A stretch of DNA of 64,000 nucleotides from Roseibacillus sp. (GTDB lineage Bacteria; Verrucomicrobiota; Verrucomicrobiia; Verrucomicrobiales; Akkermansiaceae): positions 576,001 to 640,000 of the forward strand of contig JBPOGI010000001.1 of NCBI GenBank assembly GCA_051251855.1, written 5' to 3'. The translations under genes were made by a program, and so were the position numbers. Numbering within the stretch: position 1 is the first letter of the stretch; every line of letters begins with the position of its first letter. A model generated the notes under the pieces. The model saw only the letters and a program-made list of their open reading frames with translations, ran no database searches and was not told where the DNA came from. Below, one piece after another: positions 45,596 through 55,300 of this stretch.

Positions 45596-47014
45596 ATGCG
45601 ATTTTTTGGAACTGTGATGGCATGCCTCGTCGTAAGCTGTGGTCAGGGAACTGTTCCAGGTTCTCAGATGGATGCGTTAGGAGGAACGACGCCTTCGACT
45701 TGGGCCGCGAGTCGTGCGGGGCGAGCGGGAGTGGATGAACGTTGGGTGAGTCGCTTTGGTGACCGCCGTCTGGACGCCTTGGTGTCGGAAGCAATTTCTG
45801 CCAATCCAAGTATGACCTCTGCACGCGAACGGGTGAATCGAGCCGTTATTTTGGCTAAGGCTTCGCAAGCTCCCAGTCTACCGCAGGCGTCGGCGGGGTT
45901 GAGCGGCAATCGTAGTAAGCAAGTTTTCGTAGGCCTACCGATTCCAGGGAGTTCTGGTCCGTTGTCTTCATTGGCGACGTCCTTGGGGGCTTCTTTGGAT
46001 GTGAGCTGGGAGCCTGATATTTGGGGAAAGGTTTCGGCGAGCCAATCTGCTGAGTTGGCGCGGGTCGGTGCTGAAGAGAACGCCTTTCGTGCGGCGCGGG
46101 CGAGTCTGGCAGCCCAAGTGGTGAAGGCTTGGTTGGCTCTAGGAGAAGCCAATGAACAGCTCACCCTCGCACACGAATCTTTGTCGATTAGGAAAAAGAC
46201 CGAGGTCGCTATTGAGGAGCGCTTTGCGAATTCTCTCGATGATGAGGGAGGCACTGCGGCACAGTTGCGACTGGCGCGAACGGACTCTGCAAACACGGAA
46301 GGAGTGATTGAGCAATGGCGGGCTGAGGTGGCTCGGGCTCAGCGGCAATTGGAGCTCTTAGTAGGTCGCTATCCGGCGGGACGTGCGGGGGAGGGGGTGA
46401 CTTTACCTAAGTTGCCAAGTAAGCCTCCGACAGGGCTCCCAAGTGAACTTTTGCAACGCCGGCCTGACGTGATTGAGGCGGAAAGGCGTTTTGCCGCTGC
46501 CATCAAGGATGCTGAGGTGGCGGACTTGGCGCGCTTTCCCAGCTTTTCTCTTACGAGCAGTGCGGGACGCACTTCGAGCAAGCTAGGCGACTTGTTAGAT
46601 AGTGATTTTGGAGTGTGGTCGCTGGGAGGAAACTTGGTGGCTCCCATTTTGAGTGGAGGTCGCCTCAAGGCAGATTTTGAGAGTGCACAGAGTCGTGAGC
46701 GGAGTGCTTTGTCTGATTTGCAACGCAAGGTTCTCGATGCTTTTGGAGAGGTTGAGCAGGCATTGATCGCGGATTACTTTTTTGACCAACAAGTATCGGC
46801 AGCTCAGCGAGCGCTCGGTGAAGCACAAGAGGCGGATGACGCTTCTTCACGCGATTATGCCGATGGCGTGGATACCGTTTTGACTGTCTTGCAGGCGCGC
46901 AGTCAGCGGATTCAGGTTGCGACTCAACTGGTCACTCTTCGCCGCCAAAGGCTGGAGAATCGGGTGAATCTGCATTTGGCATTGGGAGGCGACTTTCAGG
47001 TTCGAGGAAAATAG
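45596..47014 (+). CDS. RND efflux outer-membrane factor (NodT/OprM-type lipoprotein)
   Basis: Lipobox VVSC; SWEPDIWG; LPSELLQRRPDV; LHLALGG. Confidence 0.92.
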   Translation: MRFFGTVMACLVVSCGQGTVPGSQMDALGGTTPSTWAASRAGRAGVDERWVSRFGDRRLDALVSEAISANPSMTSARERVNRAVILAKASQAPSLPQASAGLSGNRSKQVFVGLPIPGSSGPLSSLATSLGASLDVSWEPDIWGKVSASQSAELARVGAEENAFRAARASLAAQVVKAWLALGEANEQLTLAHESLSIRKKTEVAIEERFANSLDDEGGTAAQLRLARTDSANTEGVIEQWRAEVARAQRQLELLVGRYPAGRAGEGVTLPKLPSKPPTGLPSELLQRRPDVIEAERRFAAAIKDAEVADLARFPSFSLTSSAGRTSSKLGDLLDSDFGVWSLGGNLVAPILSGGRLKADFESAQSRERSALSDLQRKVLDAFGEVEQALIADYFFDQQVSAAQRALGEAQEADDASSRDYADGVDTVLTVLQARSQRIQVATQLVTLRRQRLENRVNLHLALGGDFQVRGK

Positions 47015-47032
47015 AGAAGGAGACGGCACAGT

Positions 47033-48298
47033 ATGAATGATGATAAATTAGAGACGATGACCTTCGAGGAACTCGAGAAAGACCGAGGTCTTGCCTTGCG
47101 TGCAGTGATGAGCTTCGTCGCTGTGTTGGTGATTCTAGGGCTAATGTCTGCGGCGATTTGGATTCTGATTATGAGCAAGCCGACGGCGGCCAAGAAGGTG
47201 GAGACTGCGGCGATGGCTCGCACCGTTCAAGTGGCGACAGTTGAGAAGGCTAAGGGGGAGGTAGAGATTCGCGCCGAAGGGGTGGTCGAGAGTCAAAGGG
47301 TGGTGAACCTAACCGCTGAAGTCACAGGGAAACTCATTGAGGTGAGTTCGAATTTGGTTCCTGGAGGGAAAGTTCGTCAGGATGAGATCTTGGTCACCAT
47401 CGACCCTGCTGATTATCGGGCAGCCCTAGAGCAGGCCAAAGCGGCCCAAGAGCGAACGCGCATGACGGTGGCTGATGCAGAGTTGGCGATCGAGCAAGAG
47501 GAGGCCCGACGTGAGCAGGCGCTCCGTGATTGGAAGAAATTAGGGAAGGGGAACCCGAGTGATCTCCTAGCCCGCAAACCTCAGTTGGCAAGTGCGCAAG
47601 CTCGGTTGGCAAGCGCCAAGGCTGATGTCGAGAGTTCGGCGGCAGAGGTGGAGCGGGCGAGTCGTAATTTGACGCGGACTGTGATTCGAGCCCCTTTCGA
47701 CGCGGTTGTTCGGCAGGAGTCGGTTGAAGTGGGAGCTGTTTTGGCGCCGGGGACGATGTTAGCGACTCTATTTTCGGAAAGCAGTCTGGAGGTCGAACTC
47801 CCTCTGAAGCTCGAAGATTATGCTCTCTTAAGCCGTGATGAAAACGGGGCCGTGCAAGGCGACGTAAAGCTGGTGGGAACCCTTGGTGTGCGGGAAGTGA
47901 TTTGGCCGGGTCGAATTGTGAGAACAACGGGCGAAGTGGAGCGAGGAGCTCTTACTGCGAGTGTGGTGGTTGCCATTGAGGGCGCTGAGGGGGAGGGGGA
48001 ATTACGGTTACCTCCTCCGGGACTGTTCGTTCGGGCCGAGTTACAGGGGCAAACTTTGGATGACGCTTTGGTTATTCCGCGTGAGGCGGTGCGTGAGGGG
48101 AATCGCCTAGCGGTGGCTACTGAAGAGGGGACGCTTGATTTTCGGATTTTGACGGTGGTGCGCTCGAACGCCACCAAGGTGTTTGTCAGTGAAGGTGTCG
48201 AGGTTGGAGAGCGGGTCGTATTGACAAGGGTGACGGGGGCGATTCAGGGGATGGAAGTTGAAGTCGAGGAATCTGTCCAAGGAGAGGAAGGCGAGTAA
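47033..48298 (+). CDS. RND periplasmic adaptor (membrane fusion protein)
   Basis: AEVTGKL, IDPADY, coiled hairpin, IRAPFDA. Confidence 0.92.
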   Translation: MNDDKLETMTFEELEKDRGLALRAVMSFVAVLVILGLMSAAIWILIMSKPTAAKKVETAAMARTVQVATVEKAKGEVEIRAEGVVESQRVVNLTAEVTGKLIEVSSNLVPGGKVRQDEILVTIDPADYRAALEQAKAAQERTRMTVADAELAIEQEEARREQALRDWKKLGKGNPSDLLARKPQLASAQARLASAKADVESSAAEVERASRNLTRTVIRAPFDAVVRQESVEVGAVLAPGTMLATLFSESSLEVELPLKLEDYALLSRDENGAVQGDVKLVGTLGVREVIWPGRIVRTTGEVERGALTASVVVAIEGAEGEGELRLPPPGLFVRAELQGQTLDDALVIPREAVREGNRLAVATEEGTLDFRILTVVRSNATKVFVSEGVEVGERVVLTRVTGAIQGMEVEVEESVQGEEGE

Positions 48299-51200
48299 TG
48301 GAAGGTGTTGTTCGTTGGTTCACTCGTAATCATGTTGCAGGCAATTTTCTAATGCTGGCTATCTTGCTAGCGGGCTTTACGACTTGGTTCAAAGTCCGAA
48401 AGGAAATTTTTCCGGACACGGCGTTCGACGCTCTAACAGTTTCGATTCCTTATCCCAATGCCACTCCCGAGGAGGTAGAGCGTGGGGTGGTGGTGCCGGT
48501 TGAGGAAGCGGTGGCTGATGTGTTAGGCATTAAGAAGATGCGTTCGAGCTCGTCGCAGAATGGCGGCGGAGTGACGATTGAGGTTGAGAATGGTTATGAG
48601 GTTCGCGATGTCATGGATGATGTCAAAACGCGGGTCGATGCCATTGCTAACTTTCCTGAGGAGGCGGAGAAGCCTGTCCTGGAAGAGATTGTGATTACCT
48701 CACCGGTGATGGCGATTACGCTGGTTGCGGACGGGGCCGATGAAACGACTTTGGTCAAGCTGGCGGAAGAAATTAAGGACGAGTTGCTTTCTTTCGAGCC
48801 TCAGAAGAAGCCAACCTTCATGGAGTTCGTGGGGAACGCTTTGGCCGGAAAACCGAAGATTACCAAAGTATCGATCGCTGGAACCCGTCCTTATGAAATT
48901 TCGATTGAAGTCAGTGAGGAGCGGTTGAGGGAACTGGGATTGACCCTCGGTGAAGTTGCCGATTCTGTGCGGCGCTTCTCGGTCGACTTGCCAGCAGGAT
49001 CGATTCGCAGTGAGGGAGGCGAACTGATCGTGCGAACGGTTGGTAAGAAGTTCCACGCCGTTGATTTTGCAGGCGCTCCCATTAAGACTCTTTCCGATGG
49101 TTCGGTTGTTCGCTTGAGCCAAGTCGCGAAGCTAATCGATGGCTTTGAGGATGTGGACTTGAGCGTGACCTACGACAGTGAGGAAGCTGTGGTGGTCAAT
49201 GTCTATCGAGTGGGAGACCAAGATACCACGCGCTTGGCCAAGATGGTGGAAGAGTATGTAGAATGGAAGAATGGGCAATCTTTGAACGGAGTGACTCTCG
49301 GGATTTGGAATGATCAGAGTGAACTGCTCAAAGGACGTATTGATTTGTTAGCTCGTAACGCGTCTTTTGGGCTTCTGTTTGTTTTGATTGTGCTGGCGCT
49401 GTTTCTGCGTCCTTCTCTGGCGTTCCTAGTTGCCTTGGGGATTCCGGTTTCTTTCGCTGGAGGAATGTGGTTGATGCCAATGCTGGGGATCTCGATCAAT
49501 ATGATTTCTCTTTTCGCCTTCATTCTCGTTCTGGGAATTGTGGTCGATGATGCCATTGTTACGGGCGAAAATGTCTACGCGCGTATTCAAAAGGGGGAGC
49601 ATCCCACCTTGGCTGCTTGGAAAGGGACGCACGAGGTTGGAACAGTTGTTATTTTCGGAGTCCTCACGACGGTGGTTGCGTTTACGCCGATGCTCGGGTT
49701 GAGCGGGGTGAGCGGCAAGATTTGGCCAAACATTCCGTTGGTAGTCATTCCGACGTTGCTGTTCTCATTGGTGCAGTCGAAGTTGGTTCTGCCTGCTCAT
49801 TTGGCTTTATTGGGGCCAACGAAGTCGGACGAGGAGCGAAGCCACTCGCGGTGGAGGGCGTTTCATCCATTGAACCCGGTGAAGTGGGTTGTGTTTTTGG
49901 TAGAAGGACTTTTTTGGATTCAGCATCAGATCGCTTCGGGTCTTCTCCTCTTTGTTAAGAATATCTATCAGCCTGCGTTGAACTTTGGACTGCGTTGGAG
50001 GTATCCCATGATCGCCCTCTTTTTTGCAATCTTTGCCTTCAGTCTCGCGGTGGTGGGGACAGGGCGGATTAAGTTTCAGTTCTTTCCCGAGGTGGAGGGA
50101 GATATTTTGAGTGCGAAGTTGGAGTTGGCTCAAGGGGTGCCCTTTTACCAGACGGAAGAAGTAGTGGCTCGGATTGCGGAGGCTGCCTCTCAGATGGGTG
50201 AACAGTATCAGGGATACGAGGGTGAACCGGTTGTGCGGCATGTGCTTGCGAGTAGCGGGACTCAGCCTTTTATTACAGGGTTTCAGCCCGGTGGCCCACC
50301 AAAAGCAACGCACATTGGAGAGGTCACGATTGAGCTTTTACCCTCAGCGAAGCGCGCTGTAGGGAGTGACGAATTAGTCAGTAAATGGCGCGAGTTGACG
50401 GGGGATATTCCAGGAGTGGTTGAGCTCTCTTTTAAGGCGGAGACTGCCTCGGGCGGGAATGCGATTGATCTAAGTTTGACGGGATCGAACCTCGAAGAAT
50501 TGGAGGCAGCGACGGCTTTTGCTAAGGAGCGGTTGGGTGACTACGAGGGTGTGATTGATATTGCCGACAGTAGTCGGGCTGGGAAGGACGAGATTCAAAT
50601 CGTTCGCCTCACTCGCGCGGGGGAGACTTTGGGATTTACTCTGGGGGACGTGGGGGGGCAGGTCCGAGATGCCTTTTTCGGGAACGAAGTGCAACGACTG
50701 CAGCGAGGGCGAGATGAGGTAAAGGTTATGGTTCGACTACCAGCCGCAGACCGGCGCACGACAGAGACGATCGAGAAGTTGGAACTTACCAGCCCCTCCG
50801 GTGAGCGAGTGGCGTTACGGGATGTCGCGGTCTATCAGTTTGGAAGCGGTCCGGCGGTAATTAATCGTACTGATCGTCAAAGGTCAGTGAAGGTGACGGC
50901 CGATGTGGATGAAAGCACCAACGCTAACGAAGTGGTTGGGCTATACACGAAGGAGGCGCTTAGTGAGATGTCCAGCAGGTTTCCTAGTGTGCAGTGGGGT
51001 TTTGAGGGAGAGCAAGAGGACCAAGCCAACTCTGTTCGGGAAATCGGGATCGGCTTTTTGGGGGCGATTATTATCATGTATGTTCTGATTGCGATTCCTC
51101 TTAGAAGTTACTTTCAGCCGATTATTATTTTGAGTGTGATTCCGTTTGGGCTCATCGGAGGGATTTGGGGGCATGCTGCTCTCGGGATGAATTTGTCCAT

Positions 51201-51570
51201 CATGTCAATGGTAGGTTTTGTAGCGTTGGCTGGGGTTGTTGTGAATGATTCGTTGGTAATGGTGGACTTTGTGAATCGTCACCGAGATGAGTTGGGGTCC
51301 GCTCGGGAAGCGGCCTTGCAGGCGGGAGGACGGCGCTTTCGAGCTATTCTTTTGACCTCGTTGACAACGTTTGTCGGCCTTTTACCTATGCTGGCAGAGC
51401 AAGATATGCAGGCGAAATTTTTGATTCCAATGGCGGTTTCTTTGGGGTTTGGAATCATCTTTGCGACGACGATCACTCTCTTCTTGGTTCCGGGAGTTTA
51501 TGTCGTCATGGATGATGTCCAGAGGGTGCTTTTGCGCATCGCTCGCGGTTTCCGCAAGACGAAGGTATGA
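48298..51570 (+). CDS. RND efflux permease (AcrB-like)
   Basis: GIVVDDAIV..EN, VVNDSLV, RFRAILLTSLTT..GLLPM; TAATG coupling with the adaptor gene. Confidence 0.95.
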   Translation: MEGVVRWFTRNHVAGNFLMLAILLAGFTTWFKVRKEIFPDTAFDALTVSIPYPNATPEEVERGVVVPVEEAVADVLGIKKMRSSSSQNGGGVTIEVENGYEVRDVMDDVKTRVDAIANFPEEAEKPVLEEIVITSPVMAITLVADGADETTLVKLAEEIKDELLSFEPQKKPTFMEFVGNALAGKPKITKVSIAGTRPYEISIEVSEERLRELGLTLGEVADSVRRFSVDLPAGSIRSEGGELIVRTVGKKFHAVDFAGAPIKTLSDGSVVRLSQVAKLIDGFEDVDLSVTYDSEEAVVVNVYRVGDQDTTRLAKMVEEYVEWKNGQSLNGVTLGIWNDQSELLKGRIDLLARNASFGLLFVLIVLALFLRPSLAFLVALGIPVSFAGGMWLMPMLGISINMISLFAFILVLGIVVDDAIVTGENVYARIQKGEHPTLAAWKGTHEVGTVVIFGVLTTVVAFTPMLGLSGVSGKIWPNIPLVVIPTLLFSLVQSKLVLPAHLALLGPTKSDEERSHSRWRAFHPLNPVKWVVFLVEGLFWIQHQIASGLLLFVKNIYQPALNFGLRWRYPMIALFFAIFAFSLAVVGTGRIKFQFFPEVEGDILSAKLELAQGVPFYQTEEVVARIAEAASQMGEQYQGYEGEPVVRHVLASSGTQPFITGFQPGGPPKATHIGEVTIELLPSAKRAVGSDELVSKWRELTGDIPGVVELSFKAETASGGNAIDLSLTGSNLEELEAATAFAKERLGDYEGVIDIADSSRAGKDEIQIVRLTRAGETLGFTLGDVGGQVRDAFFGNEVQRLQRGRDEVKVMVRLPAADRRTTETIEKLELTSPSGERVALRDVAVYQFGSGPAVINRTDRQRSVKVTADVDESTNANEVVGLYTKEALSEMSSRFPSVQWGFEGEQEDQANSVREIGIGFLGAIIIMYVLIAIPLRSYFQPIIILSVIPFGLIGGIWGHAALGMNLSIMSMVGFVALAGVVVNDSLVMVDFVNRHRDELGSAREAALQAGGRRFRAILLTSLTTFVGLLPMLAEQDMQAKFLIPMAVSLGFGIIFATTITLFLVPGVYVVMDDVQRVLLRIARGFRKTKV

Positions 51571-51662
51571 CGGAAAGGGGCTGCTGTTAGGCATTTCACT
51601 GAGCACGAAAAAGTTCTATAGTCCTCTTTGAAGTGAGAGGAAATTTAGAGCAACCGGCTTTG

Positions 51663-52313
51663 ATGCCTGAGGCGGACCGTTTTCGGCAGCTATCTGTAAA
51701 GTGTCGTAACGTGCGCACTTCGTTTCCTCTCGCAATCCTGCGGCATCTCTACTTTCGGATGTGGGGACGAAAAATTCTCACTAGTAATCGAGTGCGAATT
51801 CAAGGACTTAAGAATATCGTAGCGGAAGAGTATCTTACGATTGGATTGAGTCACTACGGATTCATGAACCCCAAGGACAGGACGTTCTTAAACGTGGAGG
51901 GGAAGCTGATCTTTGCCGGACGCTTCACGATGGCTAAGGGGTGCCGTATCGATGTCGGTGGAGATGCAGAGGTGAAATTCGGGTCGGGGTATATGAGTCC
52001 CATGACCGATGTGATTATTGTACATGGCATGACAATTGGTGATGGGTGCGCCATTTCGTGGAGTTGTCAGTTCCTTGATGACGATTTTCACGACCTCAAT
52101 TACGAAGGGCGGAAAGAAATTGAGGATCCTCGAATCCGGATTGGCTCTCACGTTTGGATTGGCAGTCGCGTTTCGGTTCTCAAGGGGGCTGTGATTCCTG
52201 ATGGTTGCGTGGTGGCAGCTAACTCGGTAGTAAACAAAGTTTTTACCGAGAAGAACTGCCTCCTAGCAGGCAATCCCGCGAAGGTGATTCGACGGGATGT
52301 GAGTTGGAAATAG
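51663..52313 (+). CDS. Hexapeptide-repeat (LbH) acyltransferase
   Basis: IGDGCAIS, IGSHVWIG..VLKGAVIPDGCVVAANSVV, AGNPAKVI. Confidence 0.88.
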   Translation: MPEADRFRQLSVKCRNVRTSFPLAILRHLYFRMWGRKILTSNRVRIQGLKNIVAEEYLTIGLSHYGFMNPKDRTFLNVEGKLIFAGRFTMAKGCRIDVGGDAEVKFGSGYMSPMTDVIIVHGMTIGDGCAISWSCQFLDDDFHDLNYEGRKEIEDPRIRIGSHVWIGSRVSVLKGAVIPDGCVVAANSVVNKVFTEKNCLLAGNPAKVIRRDVSWK

Positions 52314-52339
52314 AGAATTCCCCGTTGGGGAACGGATTT

Positions 52340-55300
52340 TTACTGGCTGCTGTCTTCCTCAACAAGAACGCGGAGATATCCTCGCTCATGGTCCGACTCT
52401 GAGAGACGGAAGGTGAGGTAGTGATATCCGTTAGGTGCTACGGGGACGTTGCTTGGATTAGGAATGAAGGTGACGCCCTGATCCCAATCTTCGAGGTCGG
52501 AGGAGCCTTGGAAGGTGTAGATGAGGCCAGCTGCCCGATAGCTATTGCGCCCGAGGGTTCCACCGACTGCGACGGGAACGGTCTGGCAGCAATTGCCTTC
52601 ATGGTCGAAACCGAGAAGAAGTTGTGGGCGGCTTGAGGATGAGCCTTGATTTGAGCCGAAGGCAAATTCAAGGAGGTTGCTCGTGTTATCGCCATCGCTG
52701 TCCATCATTGCCGCGGCTTGTTGCCCGGTTTCGCTGAGCGTTGTGAAGGTCAGGTTGGACGCGGGTGCGGTTTCAATGAATTCGAACCAGTTCACATTAA
52801 CGGCATCGCCGATCATCTCGAGGCGAAGTACCCTTTCTCCAGAGGTGGCAATAGCTAGGTTCGGGAGAGTGAAGGTGACCCAATTTCCCCAACCGCCGGT
52901 GGACTGAACGTCAATCGTGCCAAGAACTTCACCGTCGAGGGTGACTCGGACGTCGCCCACGATGGACTCGTTACTGGAAGCGCGTAGGTTGAGCTGATAG
53001 ACGCCTGGTGTGGTGTTGAGGGTGTATTCCATCCATTGAGCATCATCAAACCAGCCTACATTAAATCCACCGTCAGTGTCACCAGAGGGCTCGATATCGA
53101 CGGCATCACCGCGATAGGAACCGCCAAAGTTCTCGGGGTCGGCATCGGAGTAGGCAACGCCTTCGCCGCCGAGGTCGTAGTCCTCAGCCTGAACGCGGCC
53201 GGGGACGGCATGGGCGGTGCCGCCGAAGGGCGACTGTCCCGTTGGAGGGGGAGGAGCGACGGATCCGTCGTCGAATTCAACCCAGTTCAGGTTGAAGCCT
53301 GCGGCTCCCGCGAATCTCAGTCGAAGGATGTGGCTGCCGGTCTCTGTGATGGTCACTTGGGGAATGGTAAGAGTCTCCCAGTTATACCAATCGCCGGTGC
53401 CATTGACGGAGAAGACACCGAGTGAACGACCGTCAAGTTCGACAGCCAGTTGACCAGGGAAGGTAAAGCCACTCGCGATACGTGCGTTGAGGTCGTAGGT
53501 GCCTGGGGTCACATTGACCGTGTATTCGAGCCATTCGCCGGGGTCGGTCCAACCGATGGAGGGAGTGGCGTTGGTGTCGAAGGAGGCCTCGATATCGACT
53601 CCGCTGGTGCGGTAGTTGAGGTCGGTATAGGTGAGACCGAAGTTCTCTTCCTCCGAGTCAAGGTAGGCTTCTCCTGGGCCGTCTTCGTCGAAGTTTTCGG
53701 CTTCAATTTTACCAGGGATATTGGCTGCCACTCCGCCGAATGGGGTTTGGTTGCCGGTCGGAGGCGGAGGAGTGACGGAAGGGTCACGGAGTTCGAGCCA
53801 GTTGAGGTTAAAGGATGATCCTTGATATTCGAGACGCAGGACGGCGTCACCACTAGGTACGGTGATGCTGGGGAGAGTGAAGTCTTCCCAGAGATACCAA
53901 CCTCCGGTGGAGTCGATATCGATTTCGCCGATAGGGCTGCCGTCTAACAGAACACGTATGGTTCCGGGGATAGCGAGTTCGCTGGCAGCGCGAGCCACAA
54001 TATCGTAGGTGCCAGCGGTGAGGGTAACGGAGTATTGAGTCCATTCACTGTCTTCGAGCCAGCCGATGGCAGGGGTGTCGTCGGTGTCGTTAGAGGCTTC
54101 GAGGTCGACGCCTTCGTCACGGAAGTTGGGACCAAAGTTAGCACCGAAGTTCTCGGGGTCGAGGTCACTGTAGGAGATGCCGGGACCACCAGTATCGTAG
54201 TTTTCGACTTGGAGCCGGCCGGGAAGTGCTGTCGGGGTTCCTCCGAAGGCAAGTGAGGCATCGGGAACTTCGTCTGGTTTACCTTCGAGCTGATTGATGA
54301 AGGATACCAGATAGTTGCGTTCCGTGGTGGTGACCGAAACGCCGTCATGGGCATCGATGGCGGCGGCGAGGTCGGGCGCGGAACCGTCATGGAGATAAGG
54401 GGCACCCGCGAATGCAGTGAGGAGAGAAGGGGTGTCGAGGCCGGGGAGGTTGCCGCCGAGACGTTGACCCGAAGCGGAAGTCAGAGTGCCGATATCGTGG
54501 AAGGAACTTCCGGAGTCCGTGAAGGCGCTTCCGCTATGACAGTCGACGCAGCCCTTCGAGGTGAAGAGGTCGCGGCCCGCGAGGCCGGCTGCGGTGAGCT
54601 CTCCGGCATTTGTGCGGTGCGGGGAGACCGGTTTCTCAGTCAGGCTTCCCAAGTAGGCTGCGAGGGCATCAAGGTCGGCACTGCGCCCGCCGTTAGGAGT
54701 GCCGAGTGGTGCATGGGGAGTGCCGTTCGCAATGAGTCCTGATCCTCCCGAGAAGTTGCGGATTTGGCCTTCGAAGTCTTGAACCTCATCAAAGTTGGCG
54801 GACCAGTGGAAGGGGCCGTGCTCTTCGCCGCCTCGGCCGTGAAGCTCGATGGTGTTGCGGAGTCCTTCTCCAACGCCGGTGAAGTCCCAAGTACGGCCGT
54901 CGTGTCCGGCGTCGTTGTGGCAAGAGGCGCAGGACATGTAGTTCTCCAAACTGAGTCTGTCGTCAAAAGAGTCGTAGAAGAGTTGTTTGCCGAGAAGGAT
55001 TTGAGCTGGCAGAGCTTCTGCAGCCGTCGCATCTAAGGTGGCGACGGTAGAAGAAGTTTCGGTTCCGTTCTCTACAAGGGCCGCAATATCGTGAAGGGTC
55101 ACGGATCGGCTCATGAAGTTGTGAACGAGGAGTGTGTGGCCGTCAGCAGAAAGAGCGAGGCCTTGGGGTGCTCGCTCCACGTTGATGCGGAAGAGCTCTT
55201 GTTCTCCGTAGACGTCGACGACGGAGACTTCGCGGGATCCTTCCAGTGCGACGAAGAGGTGTAGCCCGTAAGGTCCATAGATTGCTGCTGAGGGTAGTCC

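Noticed and set aside
52318..52332. TTCCCC-GTT-GGGGAA palindrome, superficially like the regulon box
   Set aside because: It lies between convergent stop codons and has different arms; it is probably a terminator-type hairpin.
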